From positions 1 to 64,000 of the forward strand of contig JAZDPL010000089.1 in NCBI GenBank assembly GCA_043797665.1: 64,000 nt of DNA, given 5' to 3'. Shown piece by piece: positions 39,708-49,433 of the stretch; within the stretch, counting starts at the first letter, position 1; each line of letters starts with the position of its first letter. This DNA is from Candidatus Omnitrophota bacterium. Lineage in GTDB: Bacteria > Ratteibacteria > UBA8468 > MWAK01. Position numbers and translations under genes: made by a program. The notes under the pieces are model-generated. The model saw only the letters and a list, made by a program, of their open reading frames with translations, had not been told where the DNA came from and ran no database searches.

Positions 39708-42294
39708 TCTTAGGGGTCCCTTTAATCTTTTCTTTCCATTCGGCTATCTTGTTCAATGCGGTCAGGGGAGTAAGGGAATTCAGGTCAAGGTTCGCCATCT
39801 CTTCCTCAATCTCTTTCAGGCTCTTTATCCCCTCCACCACCGGGTCTTCCGGAAATTCCCGCTCCAGAAAAAGAGGTAACTGAGTTCCGGTGGAGGTACG
39901 GCTGCGCATCTTCTGTTCCAGGTCATTCTGCATTTCTAATTTCCTCAATATCTGCTGGGAGCGCTTGATTACTTCTTTCGGAATACCGGCTAATTTTGCC
40001 ACGTAGATTCCGTAACTATCGTCCGTGCCCCCGGGGATAATCCTGTGGAGGAAAACGATCTCTTTTCCCCACTCTTTCACCTCAACGTTATAGTTCTTCA
40101 CGCCCGGATACTCCTCAGCCAGTACGGTGAGTTCGTGAAAGTGGGTGGCAAAGAGGGTTTTGACCCGGTGCTTTTGCAAATACTCAGCCACCGCCCAGGC
40201 AAGGCTCAGTCCGTCGTAGGTGCTGGTACCCCGGCCAATCTCATCCAGAACCACTAAACTCCTCTCGGAAAGGTTATTGAGAATTCCCGCGGTCTCGCTC
40301 ATCTCCACCATAAAGGTGCTCTGCCCCCGGCTGATTTCATCGTGAGCCCCAATCCGGGTGAATATCTTGTCCACCATTCCGATAGAAGCGGACGAAGCCG
40401 GAATATAACTGCCCATCTGCGCCAGAATTACCAGAATGGCAACCTGCCGGATATAGGTGGACTTGCCGGACATATTGGGACCGGTGATGACCAGAAGGTG
40501 GTTCTCCTGGCAGTCCAGGAGCGCATCGTTGGGAACAAAGGGCTCAAGAGAAACTTTTTCCACCACCGGGTGCCTGCCATCCCTGATAATGAGTTCTTTG
40601 CCTTCGGTTATCTCCGGTAAAACGTAACCGGGCTGTAAAGCAATCCGGCTCAGGGAATAAATAACGTCCATTTCTGCAATTCTGGTACTCAAGGTATGCA
40701 ATGGGACAGAATTGTCCAGCACCATCTTCTGAAGAACCCGTAAAATCTCCGCCTCAATCCGGATGATATCCTCCTGAGCGGTGAGCATCTTCTCTTCAAA
40801 CTCCTTAAGCGCCGGGGTGATAAACCGTTCCCCGTTCACCAGGGTCTGCTTCCGGATATAGTCGGCAGGAACAAGATGGAGGTTCGGCTTGCTCACCTCT
40901 ATGTAGTAACCGAAGACCCGGTTATAACCGACCTTCAGGGAATTGATGCCGGTCCGTTTTATCTCTTCTGCCTGAAGTTTCTTCAGCCCCTGCCGGCCAT
41001 GCTCCTGAATGTCCCTGAGATAATCCAATTCTTTGTGGTAACCGGTCCGGATAGACTTGCCTTCAGCGTTGGCCAAGGGCATCTCCGGATTGATTGACTC
41101 CTCCAGAACCGTCCGCAGAGCCGGTATATCCTCCAGGAGGAAAAACCGGTTCTTTTGTACCAGAGGCGTAAGAACCTTTTCAATCTCCGGCACACGGACC
41201 AGCACGTTACGCAGGGCAAGCAGGTCTTTGGCAACAGCGTAACCGCAACTGATGCGGGAAAGATTCTTTTCCATGTCCGGCATATTACGCAAAAGCCGCA
41301 CCAGACCTTCCTGAACTTCAGGGCTTTCACGTAATAGGGAAACCGCCTGCTGGCGTTTCTGAATCGCTTTCTTCTCTTTCAGGGGATGATAAGACCACGC
41401 TCTTAACTTCCGCTTACCCAACGGCGTCAGGGTATGGTCAATGGTCCTGACCAAAACCTCTAATTCCAGCCCGTAACAGGCGGCCGGCGAGATGAAGAGA
41501 TAGTCACTATCGGTATAAACGGACAGCCGGTCCACGTGGAGCATCGGCTGGCGGTTCATCTCTTTTAAATACTCCAAAAGTGCACCCGCACCTGCAACCG
41601 CCAAGGGAATGTCATTAATGCCGAATCCGCCCAAACCCTGGGTGTGAAAATGTTCGCAGAGTGACTTTTCCGCCATCTCCGGATTAAAAACCCAATCCAT
41701 GTAGGGAGTCAGGGTGAAACCTTTCCCTTTCAAAAGAGGCTGATCAAGAATTTCTTTTACGCTGTCTTCCTCTCCCACCGGGAAAATAATTTCTGAAACG
41801 GATAGTTTGGCAATCACTTCCATCGCTTTCTCTATTTCCGGATATTGATTGACGTGGATGGTTCCGATAGCCGGGTCAACAAACGCCAGGCCGACTCCGT
41901 TTTTATCCCTGGACAGAGCAAGAAGATAACGGGATTCAAAACTGTTTTCGTCAATAAAGGTGCCGGAGGTTACGATGCGGACAATGCCGCGCTTGACCAG
42001 ACCCTTAGCCTGCGCCGGGTCTTCCACCTGTTCGCAGATGGCGACCTTGAATCCGGCTTTGATGAGTTTGGTGATATAGTTATCCGCCGCGTGGTAGGGT
42101 ACGCCGCACATCGGCACCTTCCCGCTTTTAACGGAACGGCGTGCGGTAAGGACCAAATCCAGTATCTGGGAGGCTTTCTTGGCGTCCTCATAAAACATTT
42201 CATAAAAATCACCCAGACGGAAGAAGAGAATACAATCCGGATAACTGGCTTTAACCTCGTGATACTGCTTCTGCATCGGGGTCAGGTTTTCCAT
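39679..42294 (-). CDS. mutS: DNA mismatch repair protein MutS
   Basis: GDFYEMF, GRHPVVE, TGPNMSGKST, STFMVE, DEIGRG. Confidence 0.98.
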   Translation of the reverse strand: MENLTPMQKQYHEVKASYPDCILFFRLGDFYEMFYEDAKKASQILDLVLTARRSVKSGKVPMCGVPYHAADNYITKLIKAGFKVAICEQVEDPAQAKGLVKRGIVRIVTSGTFIDENSFESRYLLALSRDKNGVGLAFVDPAIGTIHVNQYPEIEKAMEVIAKLSVSEIIFPVGEEDSVKEILDQPLLKGKGFTLTPYMDWVFNPEMAEKSLCEHFHTQGLGGFGINDIPLAVAGAGALLEYLKEMNRQPMLHVDRLSVYTDSDYLFISPAACYGLELEVLVRTIDHTLTPLGKRKLRAWSYHPLKEKKAIQKRQQAVSLLRESPEVQEGLVRLLRNMPDMEKNLSRISCGYAVAKDLLALRNVLVRVPEIEKVLTPLVQKNRFFLLEDIPALRTVLEESINPEMPLANAEGKSIRTGYHKELDYLRDIQEHGRQGLKKLQAEEIKRTGINSLKVGYNRVFGYYIEVSKPNLHLVPADYIRKQTLVNGERFITPALKEFEEKMLTAQEDIIRIEAEILRVLQKMVLDNSVPLHTLSTRIAEMDVIYSLSRIALQPGYVLPEITEGKELIIRDGRHPVVEKVSLEPFVPNDALLDCQENHLLVITGPNMSGKSTYIRQVAILVILAQMGSYIPASSASIGMVDKIFTRIGAHDEISRGQSTFMVEMSETAGILNNLSERSLVVLDEIGRGTSTYDGLSLAWAVAEYLQKHRVKTLFATHFHELTVLAEEYPGVKNYNVEVKEWGKEIVFLHRIIPGGTDDSYGIYVAKLAGIPKEVIKRSQQILRKLEMQNDLEQKMRSRTSTGTQLPLFLEREFPEDPVVEGIKSLKEIEEEMANLDLNSLTPLTALNKIAEWKEKIKGTPKNGKSKSAAA

Positions 42295-42312
42295 ATTAAT
42301 CTTTGGATTTAT

Positions 42313-44202
42313 TCAGAGGCGGCAGCGCCGGACCAGCCCGCGGTAAAAACGGTTCCACTCTCTAAAGCCGAACAGATAAAAACAGAGAGCCAACGCCTCA
42401 ACCCCAAACCAGGAGACGTTATGGGTGGCTTTAGCCAGGAGCCTTCCGGAAAGACCAAGGACCAGACCGGCAGAACTGAACAGAGTAAGGAGCCTCATTA
42501 TCTGGCTGTTATACTCATTCCAGACATCAGAAGCGGAAGGAATCGCCGGGTCATTCTCCATCTCCCGGAAGATATACTGCATCCAGACCGGATTGCTGAA
42601 GCGTTCCAGCCCGGACAGGATAAGCTGGCTCATTATACCATAAAACAGGTAAAAGAGCGGGAAGGCCAAAATTGGCATATCCGGAGAGTATGTGGCGCTG
42701 TACCCGATGGCGTATAAAGATATCAGCAAAAGTAATTCGGTCCGCCGGAATGGCAACAAAGCACGCTGGCAGACGTTAAGCAAAGTGTGAAGTTCGGTAC
42801 GCTGGGGAGCCCGTTCCGCCCGTTTCAAAACATCACTCAGCACCTTGTAAGCACCCGCCATGGTATTCCACTCCAGAAGTCCCGGAAAAGTATTCTTTAT
42901 AAAGTCCATCAGGGGTTGCCTTTCACTTTCCCGCAGCAGTCCTGCTTCCTTCAGCCGCTCAGCCTGAGCGGTAAAAACCCTCACTATTTCCTCCCGGTCA
43001 AGAGGCTGAAGGTTATTTACCAGGGGAGCCAGAGATTGTACCGCCGGTTCGTCCAGACCTAAATCATGATTCAAAAGATTGAGAATCTCCGCCTGTTTCC
43101 CTTCTTTTACCATCTGATAAACTTTAGGTTTCACCAGGCGGTACCGCTCCATCTTTTCCGGAAGGTATTCGGTACTGCGAAAGAGGTTGGTATAGGCACG
43201 TTCAAAGTTGCGCCAGCCGCGAACCGCTTTCGCCTCGTACACGGCCCGGAATTCTTCGGAGTCACGCAGCCTCTGGAGCCGGGAACCGGGCAGATTTTTG
43301 GTCATCCGCAACGAACGCCTCATATTCACGATTTCTGCCGGTACGCGTAAAAAGACCAGGGCGCCGGCGGCTAAGATATACCAGGTATTCCCTTTCAGCC
43401 TTTCCGCCACCCGGACAAAAACACTGGCGAGAACGGTAGCGCTCCCCAAATTGTAAAAAATCACCAGATGAATTACGTGTCTTATTTCGGGTATCAAACC
43501 TTCTTCCGAATAGAAAGCACGCAGGTTCGGGCTTTTAAAACCATAAATTGCCTGCCGAAAGAAGTTCTTGGGATTGGGGCGGGTGGGTTTAATCTCCGTT
43601 TCGGTATAGGTTCTTAAAAGGCTCTCCAACTTAAATTTGCCCGACTTAATCAAAAGGCGGTTCCGGAAAGAAAAAAAATACTGGCGCCGTAACGCACAGA
43701 AGTAGGGCTTACTCTCATCATTATCCTTAAGCCAGGCGTAAAAACGGCCCCGGAAGGAACGCAGATTGAACTGTCCGGTGTATCCTTCGGACACTAACGT
43801 TCCCTGGCCGGTCTGCCACCAGGAGAACTTAATTATCTCTCTCCAGGAAATATCCTCAACGGAATAAGCCCTCTTCGCTAAAAAATGGCGTAAGAACTCC
43901 GTCACAAGGTTGAAATTGGTGTAGATAAATAACCTTCGGGGGGTAGACAGAAACTTCTGTATCTGGTCAACCAGAACGATATGACCTTTCAGCCGGCGGC
44001 TGAAGTAGACGGTGTAGGTACGACCTTCGGCGTCAGAAAAGAGATTCCGCCGAGATAAAAAGTAGGGGCTTGATTTATCAAGCCCGCGGGTCGGATGAAT
44101 CCGACCCCTACATGAAAGACTTAATGCATTTGGATTGAGGAGAGTGGTTCCTAAAAACTGAGCCACCCTTTCCGCTGATTGCCGTGCTTCGTTGGGATTC
44201 AT
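42313..44202 (-). CDS. Hypothetical membrane protein
   Basis: 629-aa ORF with several TM segments, ATGA-coupled to the upstream gene; REP doublet in frame near the N-terminus. Confidence 0.7.
   Translation of the reverse strand: MNPNEARQSAERVAQFLGTTLLNPNALSLSCRGRIHPTRGLDKSSPYFLSRRNLFSDAEGRTYTVYFSRRLKGHIVLVDQIQKFLSTPRRLFIYTNFNLVTEFLRHFLAKRAYSVEDISWREIIKFSWWQTGQGTLVSEGYTGQFNLRSFRGRFYAWLKDNDESKPYFCALRRQYFFSFRNRLLIKSGKFKLESLLRTYTETEIKPTRPNPKNFFRQAIYGFKSPNLRAFYSEEGLIPEIRHVIHLVIFYNLGSATVLASVFVRVAERLKGNTWYILAAGALVFLRVPAEIVNMRRSLRMTKNLPGSRLQRLRDSEEFRAVYEAKAVRGWRNFERAYTNLFRSTEYLPEKMERYRLVKPKVYQMVKEGKQAEILNLLNHDLGLDEPAVQSLAPLVNNLQPLDREEIVRVFTAQAERLKEAGLLRESERQPLMDFIKNTFPGLLEWNTMAGAYKVLSDVLKRAERAPQRTELHTLLNVCQRALLPFRRTELLLLISLYAIGYSATYSPDMPILAFPLFYLFYGIMSQLILSGLERFSNPVWMQYIFREMENDPAIPSASDVWNEYNSQIMRLLTLFSSAGLVLGLSGRLLAKATHNVSWFGVEALALCFYLFGFREWNRFYRGLVRRCRL
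44062..44111. repeat. REP doublet in frame
   Basis: Near-identical inverted copy of 16951-17000; read as CRGRIHPTRGLDKSSPY. The flank to ~44135 also resembles the 16928 flank. Confidence 0.88.
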
Positions 44203-45539
44203 CTTTCTCTTTTTGGGGGAGAGGCGGGGTACTCACGAAGGGCGGGTTCCCTTTCCCTTGAGGGAAAGGGGTCGGGGTGAGGAGTGGCGGGACGGGAAAC
44301 AAGTTTCTGGACCAGAAAAAGCGATACGCTTCGTTTGGTTGCCTGCTCTACGGTAAAGAGGAAGTTCTGATAACGGAACTGTTCACCCTCATGAGGAATC
44401 CGGCCTAAATGTTTCAGGACAACCCCGGCTACCGTTTCTGCCCTTCCGTCTTCCTCTAAATTTAAACCTAAAATCTCGTTAGCCTTTTCAATCTCCATCT
44501 TCCCTTTAATGCGGTAGGTGTTTTCATCCACTTTATGATAATCGGCATCACCTACTTCGTGCTCGTCGGCGATTTCGCCCACAATCTCTTCCAGGAGGTC
44601 CTCAATAGTAACCAGACCGGCGGTCCCGCCATACTCATCCATCACAATCGCCACGTGAAGTTTTCTGCGCCGGAACTCTTTCAGGAGTTCGGAAACTTTC
44701 ATTAATTCCGGCACTAAAAATACCGGCCGCATTATCTGACGTACCAGCAGGTCCTTTTCGCCTTCGGCAATTTTAGCCAGAATCTGTCTGGAATCTACGA
44801 TGCCCATAATATCATCCATACTCTCCCGGTAAACCGGAAGACGGGAATGTCCCTCTTTAACCATCAAAATCAGGGTGTCAAAAACAGAGGCGTCTTCGGT
44901 AACCCCGACAATATTTATCCTTGGTTTCATTACATTGGAAACGACCGTCTCCCGGAACTCCATCACGCTGCTGAGCATCTCCCGTTCGTCTTTCGCCAGG
45001 GCTCCTTCCTCCTCGCCAATTTCTATCAACGTTCTGATTTCTTCGTTGCTGATATGGCTGGTCTGAGGTGGGAGGTGACCGCCAAAAAGGCGAATCACAC
45101 CGTCGGAAATAGCGACAAAAAGTTTTACCAGCGGATTTAAAAGGTAGGAAAAAGAAAGGAGCGGCCAGATAAAGACCAAGGCTGCCTTTTCGTAGTGATG
45201 CCGGGCTAAGGTCTTGGGAACAATCTCCGCAAAGACCAGAATCAGAAGAACCATCAGTCCGGTGGCAATACCCGCGCCCTTGTCGCCCCAGGCTTTAATC
45301 GCCAGATAGGCGGCTAAGATGGAAGCGGAAACCTCGGAGATGGTACTGCCGACGAGAAAAGTGGTCAGAAACCGGTTCGGGTATTTCAACCAGAGGTTAA
45401 GGACTTCCGCTCGGCGGCCTTCGGATTCTATTAACGCCTTGACTTTGAGTTTGCTTAAGGAAGTAAGTGCGGTCTCAGTTGCGGAAAAGAAGGCCGACAG
45501 CCCAAAGAGGAGAATCAACCCCAGGAATGAGATTACCAT
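44199..45539 (-). CDS. CNNM/CBS/CorC (TlyC/hemolysin-family) metal transport protein
   Basis: [43 protein letters not shown]-terminal tail is repeat-derived (44200-44290). Confidence 0.93.
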   Translation of the reverse strand: MVISFLGLILLFGLSAFFSATETALTSLSKLKVKALIESEGRRAEVLNLWLKYPNRFLTTFLVGSTISEVSASILAAYLAIKAWGDKGAGIATGLMVLLILVFAEIVPKTLARHHYEKAALVFIWPLLSFSYLLNPLVKLFVAISDGVIRLFGGHLPPQTSHISNEEIRTLIEIGEEEGALAKDEREMLSSVMEFRETVVSNVMKPRINIVGVTEDASVFDTLILMVKEGHSRLPVYRESMDDIMGIVDSRQILAKIAEGEKDLLVRQIMRPVFLVPELMKVSELLKEFRRRKLHVAIVMDEYGGTAGLVTIEDLLEEIVGEIADEHEVGDADYHKVDENTYRIKGKMEIEKANEILGLNLEEDGRAETVAGVVLKHLGRIPHEGEQFRYQNFLFTVEQATKRSVSLFLVQKLVSRPATPHPDPFPSREREPALREYPASPPKRER

Positions 45540-45645
45540 CAGTTACTATTATTATACTCCAAGGAAGGCATCCTTGTAAAGATTACCGTTGCAAAACAAT
45601 ATTTTTCTTACGGTAAAAGGTTTCCCCTTAAGGGTACGCTGTCTT

Positions 45646-45942
45646 TTACGGATGAGGAGTAATCGTCACAACTACGATCTCGCCTTTCTCTTGCCCGTAA
45701 TAGAAAAAAATCCTATGCGCGGCAGGAGTATCTTGTTCGGCATAAGATTCGAAAACTTTTTCTCCATCAGGACCTTTAAACGAAGAAAATTCGTGCGTCT
45801 GCAGGCCGGGATGGCGCGGATTCTCCTGTAGAAACTTAAGCGATTTGGACACCGTTTTAAAACGCTTCTCAAGGTGATGGTCATCCTTGAGTTCTTTGAG
45901 GTTGGCTTTAGCGGTTGGCGTAAAACTCAAGAAGAATCTCAT
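45646..45942 (-). CDS. RelE-like toxin
   Basis: 98 aa; L..NPRHPGL.THE, RIFFYY, terminal ITPHP; ATGA-coupled to the AbrB-like gene. Confidence 0.7.
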   Translation of the reverse strand: MRFFLSFTPTAKANLKELKDDHHLEKRFKTVSKSLKFLQENPRHPGLQTHEFSSFKGPDGEKVFESYAEQDTPAAHRIFFYYGQEKGEIVVVTITPHP

Positions 45943-46250
45943 AGTCTATCCAAAAAAGATTCCAGGTCATCTACACGCTCGGTTTTCCCTTCCCGTGCTT
46001 CTTTAAGCCCCTTGCGGACCCTTCCGACAACTTCAGGATTATTATATACCCATGCTTCACTGCTGGGGATAGATACAGTCGGCCTTAACAAGATATCTCC
46101 GTTTTTGCCGACAAAAATCCGGTACGCCTCTACGCTCATCCGCTTGCCCATTAGTTTTTTCAACCTACCACCTAACGTAATCCGGTTTTTAGAATCCAGC
46201 ACTTTTGTATGATACGGAAAAAACTCCTCATGTATCTCGAGTGTTTTCAT
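45939..46250 (-). CDS. AbrB/MraZ-fold antitoxin-like protein
   Basis: LDSKNRITLG...GDILLRP; C-terminal acidic helix (GLKEAREGK...DDLESFL). Confidence 0.7.
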   Translation of the reverse strand: MKTLEIHEEFFPYHTKVLDSKNRITLGGRLKKLMGKRMSVEAYRIFVGKNGDILLRPTVSIPSSEAWVYNNPEVVGRVRKGLKEAREGKTERVDDLESFLDRL

Positions 46251-46273
46251 GTTTTTTTCTCCTTTCCAGTTAA

Positions 46274-46317
46274 AGCATACACTATTGTGGGAATATTGTC
46301 AAGTGGGAAAGTGGGAA
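46274..46317 (-). promoter_or_regulatory. TA promoter with three GTGGGAA direct repeats
   Basis: TTGACA(46302-46297)-17-TATGCT(46279-46274); GTGGGAA at 46287, 46303 and 46311. Confidence 0.65.
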
Positions 46318-46392
46318 ATTTATTGTTACCCTGAGATTTATGGTAAAATTGAAATACGGAAATTTGTGCATCTCTTACAGGGAGGTTTACCA

Positions 46393-47472
46393 ATGACTAT
46401 CGGGATTCCGAAAGAGGTCAAGGTAGAGGAGTACCGGGTGGGAATTCTGCCTGATACGGTTTCGCTCCTTGCCCAAAAGGGGCATCAGGTACTGGTGGGA
46501 AAATCCGCCGGGTTGGGCGCCGGAATCAGGGATGAGGATTACGAGCGCGCCGGTGCGGAAATTGTATCAGAAGCAAGCCGGATTTACCGGAGAAGCGAAT
46601 TGGTGGTAAAGGTTAAAGAACCGCAGCCCGCCGAATACCAACTTCTTCACGAAGGACAGATTGTCTTTACTTTCTTCCACTTCGCCGCAAATTTAGAGAT
46701 GACCAAGGTTCTTCTGGAAAAAAAGGTAGACTGTATCGCTTACGAACTGGTAGAAAAGAATGGTTGTTTGCCCATCCTTACACCGATGAGCGAAATTGCC
46801 GGACGTCTGGCTCCCCAGCAAACCGCCAAATACTTAGAAAAGGAGTACGGCGGTAAAGGGGTCTTATTGAGCGGTGCTACCGGTGTAAAACCGGGCAAGG
46901 TGGTAATAATCGGCGGCGGTGTGGTCGGTTTTAATGCCGCAACGATTTCTGCCGGATTAGGTGCACAGGTGGTAATTCTGGAAATAAACGAAAAAAAGAT
47001 AAAATACTTGAAGAAAAATTTACCTGCGAATTGCAAGGTGGTCCCCTCCAGCCGTGAAAATATCAAAAAAGAAACAAAAGATGCGGATGCGGTCATCGGA
47101 GCGGTCTTAATTTCCGGCGCACGGTCGCCGATTCTTTTAAAACGGGAAGACCTGAAAGAAATGGAACCCGGCACGGTGCTGATTGACGTGGCAATTGATC
47201 AGGGAGGCTGTTTTGAAACCAGCCGGCCAACCACGCACCGGAACCCGGTATATTTACTGGATGGCATTGTCCATTACTGTGTGGCAAATATGCCCGGCGG
47301 CGTTCCCAGAACGTCTACCTATGCCCTTTCTTATGCTACGGCACCTTATGTCTTACTCTTAGCAGAAAAAGGGAACCGAACGACTGAGCAAAATCCAGAT
47401 TTGAAGAAGGGTCTGGCTATTCACAACGGGAAAATAGTTGCCAAATCTCTATCCGAAATTCTTAGCTCATAG
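46393..47472 (+). CDS. ald: Alanine dehydrogenase
   Basis: IGIPKE...EYRV, KVKEP, MSEIAG, GGGVVG, DQGG, YCVANMPG; GGAGG precedes ATG 46393. Confidence 0.96.
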   Translation: MTIGIPKEVKVEEYRVGILPDTVSLLAQKGHQVLVGKSAGLGAGIRDEDYERAGAEIVSEASRIYRRSELVVKVKEPQPAEYQLLHEGQIVFTFFHFAANLEMTKVLLEKKVDCIAYELVEKNGCLPILTPMSEIAGRLAPQQTAKYLEKEYGGKGVLLSGATGVKPGKVVIIGGGVVGFNAATISAGLGAQVVILEINEKKIKYLKKNLPANCKVVPSSRENIKKETKDADAVIGAVLISGARSPILLKREDLKEMEPGTVLIDVAIDQGGCFETSRPTTHRNPVYLLDGIVHYCVANMPGGVPRTSTYALSYATAPYVLLLAEKGNRTTEQNPDLKKGLAIHNGKIVAKSLSEILSS

Positions 47473-47489
47473 TCAAAAGAAATTTTATT

Positions 47490-49199
47490 ATGATTAGAAT
47501 CGGGTTGGCCCAGATTAACGCTACCGTCGGAGACATCCCCGGAAACGAGGCAAAGATTCTCCGGTACATCTCTGAAGCGCAGAGGGCGGGCGTGGATATC
47601 GTTGCCTTTCCGGAGATGGCTTTAACCGGTTACCCTCCGGAAGACCTGCTCTTTAAATCCGGTTTTATTGAAGCCAACCTGAACGCCCTGGCCCGAATCG
47701 CAAAGAAAACCAGAGATATCGTTGCGGTAACAGGTTTTATCGACCGGAAGGACGACCTTTATAATTCCGCGGCGGTCATCGCCGGCGGTAAGGTACGGGC
47801 AATCTACCACAAACGCTTTCTACCCAACTACAGCGTCTTTGACGAAGAGAGGTACTTTAAGGCGGGACAGGGAAACCTTATCTGTAAGTCCGGCAGCCTT
47901 ACCTTTGGAATCAATATCTGCGAGGATATCTGGCATCCGGCCGGACCGATGGCGGAACAGGTATCTGCGGGAAGCCAGTTAATAATCAATATCTCTGCCT
48001 CACCCTACCAGTACGGCAAGGTCAAATACAAGGAAAGGATGCTGGCCGGCAGGACCGCAGACTATGCGGTCTTTCTCGCCTACGTTAACCTGGTGGGCGG
48101 TCAGGACGAACTGGTCTTTGACGGTCAGAGTGTGGTCTTTGACCCGGAAGGCAAGCTTATCGCCCGGGCAAAATCTTTCTCAGAAGATTTACTCATCGTT
48201 GATATTGAACCGGACCGGCTCTTAAAACGCAGGGTCCGGGAACCCAGGCTCCGGAAAGGGATGCCCTCACGGAATGCTGTTCCGGTTATCGCTCTTCCGG
48301 AAAAAAGAACAAAATCTCATTTTCCTAAACCTAAACCCGGGATAGAAAAACACCTGCCGAAAGCAGCGGAAGTCTACCGGGCGCTCCTTACCGGAACCAA
48401 AGATTACGTTGAGAAGAACGGTTTCAAAAAGGTAATCATCGGACTTTCCGGCGGTATTGACTCAGCGCTTACCGCCACGATTGCGGTTGACTGCTTAGGA
48501 AAAGAACGGGTGGTCGGCCTCTTTATGCCCGGCCGGTATTCTGCGGAAATCAGTGGAAACGATTCCAGGCAACTGGCTAAGAACTTAGGGATTGGGGTTC
48601 ACGTCATACCTATTGAAGAAGTCTTCGAGTCATACCTGAAGACGCTAAAAAAACCGTTTGCGAACGCCAAACCGGACATAACCGAGGAGAATCTACAGGC
48701 GCGTATCCGGGGTAACTTCATCATGGCTTTCTCAAACAAATACGGCTATTTAGTCCTGACCACCGGCAACAAGAGCGAAATCGCCACCGGATACTGTACG
48801 CTGTACGGAGATATGGCGGGAGGCTTTGCGGTTATTAAGGACATTCCCAAAACGCTGGTCTACAGTCTGGCGGAATACCGCAACAAAATCTCGCCGGTCA
48901 TCCCCAACCGTATCCTCACCCGGCCGCCTACCGCAGAATTACGACCGGACCAGAAGGACAGCGATACCCTTCCGGAATATCCGGTCTTAGACCCGATTCT
49001 CAAAGCCTACGTTGAGGAAAACCTCTCACCGGGAGAGATTATTAAAAAAGGTCATCCGGAGAATTTGGTGCGGAAGGTCATCCGGATGGTTGACCGGAAC
49101 GAATACAAACGCAGACAGGCTCCGCCGGGCATCAGAATTACCGGCCGGGCTTTCGGAAAGGACTGGCGCCTGCCCATCACCAACGCCTTCCGTCAGTAA
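47490..49199 (+). CDS. nadE: Glutamine-dependent NAD+ synthetase
   Basis: Nitrilase domain (FPE, GYPPED, ICEDIW) plus SGGIDS, ENLQARIRG, TGNKSE. Confidence 0.97.
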   Translation: MIRIGLAQINATVGDIPGNEAKILRYISEAQRAGVDIVAFPEMALTGYPPEDLLFKSGFIEANLNALARIAKKTRDIVAVTGFIDRKDDLYNSAAVIAGGKVRAIYHKRFLPNYSVFDEERYFKAGQGNLICKSGSLTFGINICEDIWHPAGPMAEQVSAGSQLIINISASPYQYGKVKYKERMLAGRTADYAVFLAYVNLVGGQDELVFDGQSVVFDPEGKLIARAKSFSEDLLIVDIEPDRLLKRRVREPRLRKGMPSRNAVPVIALPEKRTKSHFPKPKPGIEKHLPKAAEVYRALLTGTKDYVEKNGFKKVIIGLSGGIDSALTATIAVDCLGKERVVGLFMPGRYSAEISGNDSRQLAKNLGIGVHVIPIEEVFESYLKTLKKPFANAKPDITEENLQARIRGNFIMAFSNKYGYLVLTTGNKSEIATGYCTLYGDMAGGFAVIKDIPKTLVYSLAEYRNKISPVIPNRILTRPPTAELRPDQKDSDTLPEYPVLDPILKAYVEENLSPGEIIKKGHPENLVRKVIRMVDRNEYKRRQAPPGIRITGRAFGKDWRLPITNAFRQ

Positions 49200-49233
49200 A
49201 CTCCTCGGTTATTTAGCCTCGAGAAACCTTTCC

Positions 49234-49413
49234 CGAGCACGGGTTCCCTTTCCATCGGATTGGAAAGGGGTTTGCGATGCGGCAATCCGACGTGCTGAAT
49301 CGTATTGTCATGTCATCCTGAGTGTAACAAGGGTACCCTTACCGTTGAATCGGTAAGGGAGGATCTAAGGGATAGATTCTTCCCCTTCGCTTCGCTCAAG
49401 GGTCAGAATGACA
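49234..49413. repeat. Repeat cluster between convergent nadE and hisD
   Basis: GAGC...GCGATGCGGCAATC element and GTCATCCTGAG...CAGAATGACA element, each with a nested hairpin (49241-69, 49331-59). Confidence 0.8.
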
Positions 49414-49433
49414 TAATATGTCGGATTTTTATT

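Noticed and set aside
41845..42717. 290-aa + strand ORF and other antisense or alternate-frame ORFs (e.g. 21896-22498, 58778-59341, 37659-38135)
   Set aside because: Shadows of well-supported genes, tRNA or repeats with no recognisable motifs.
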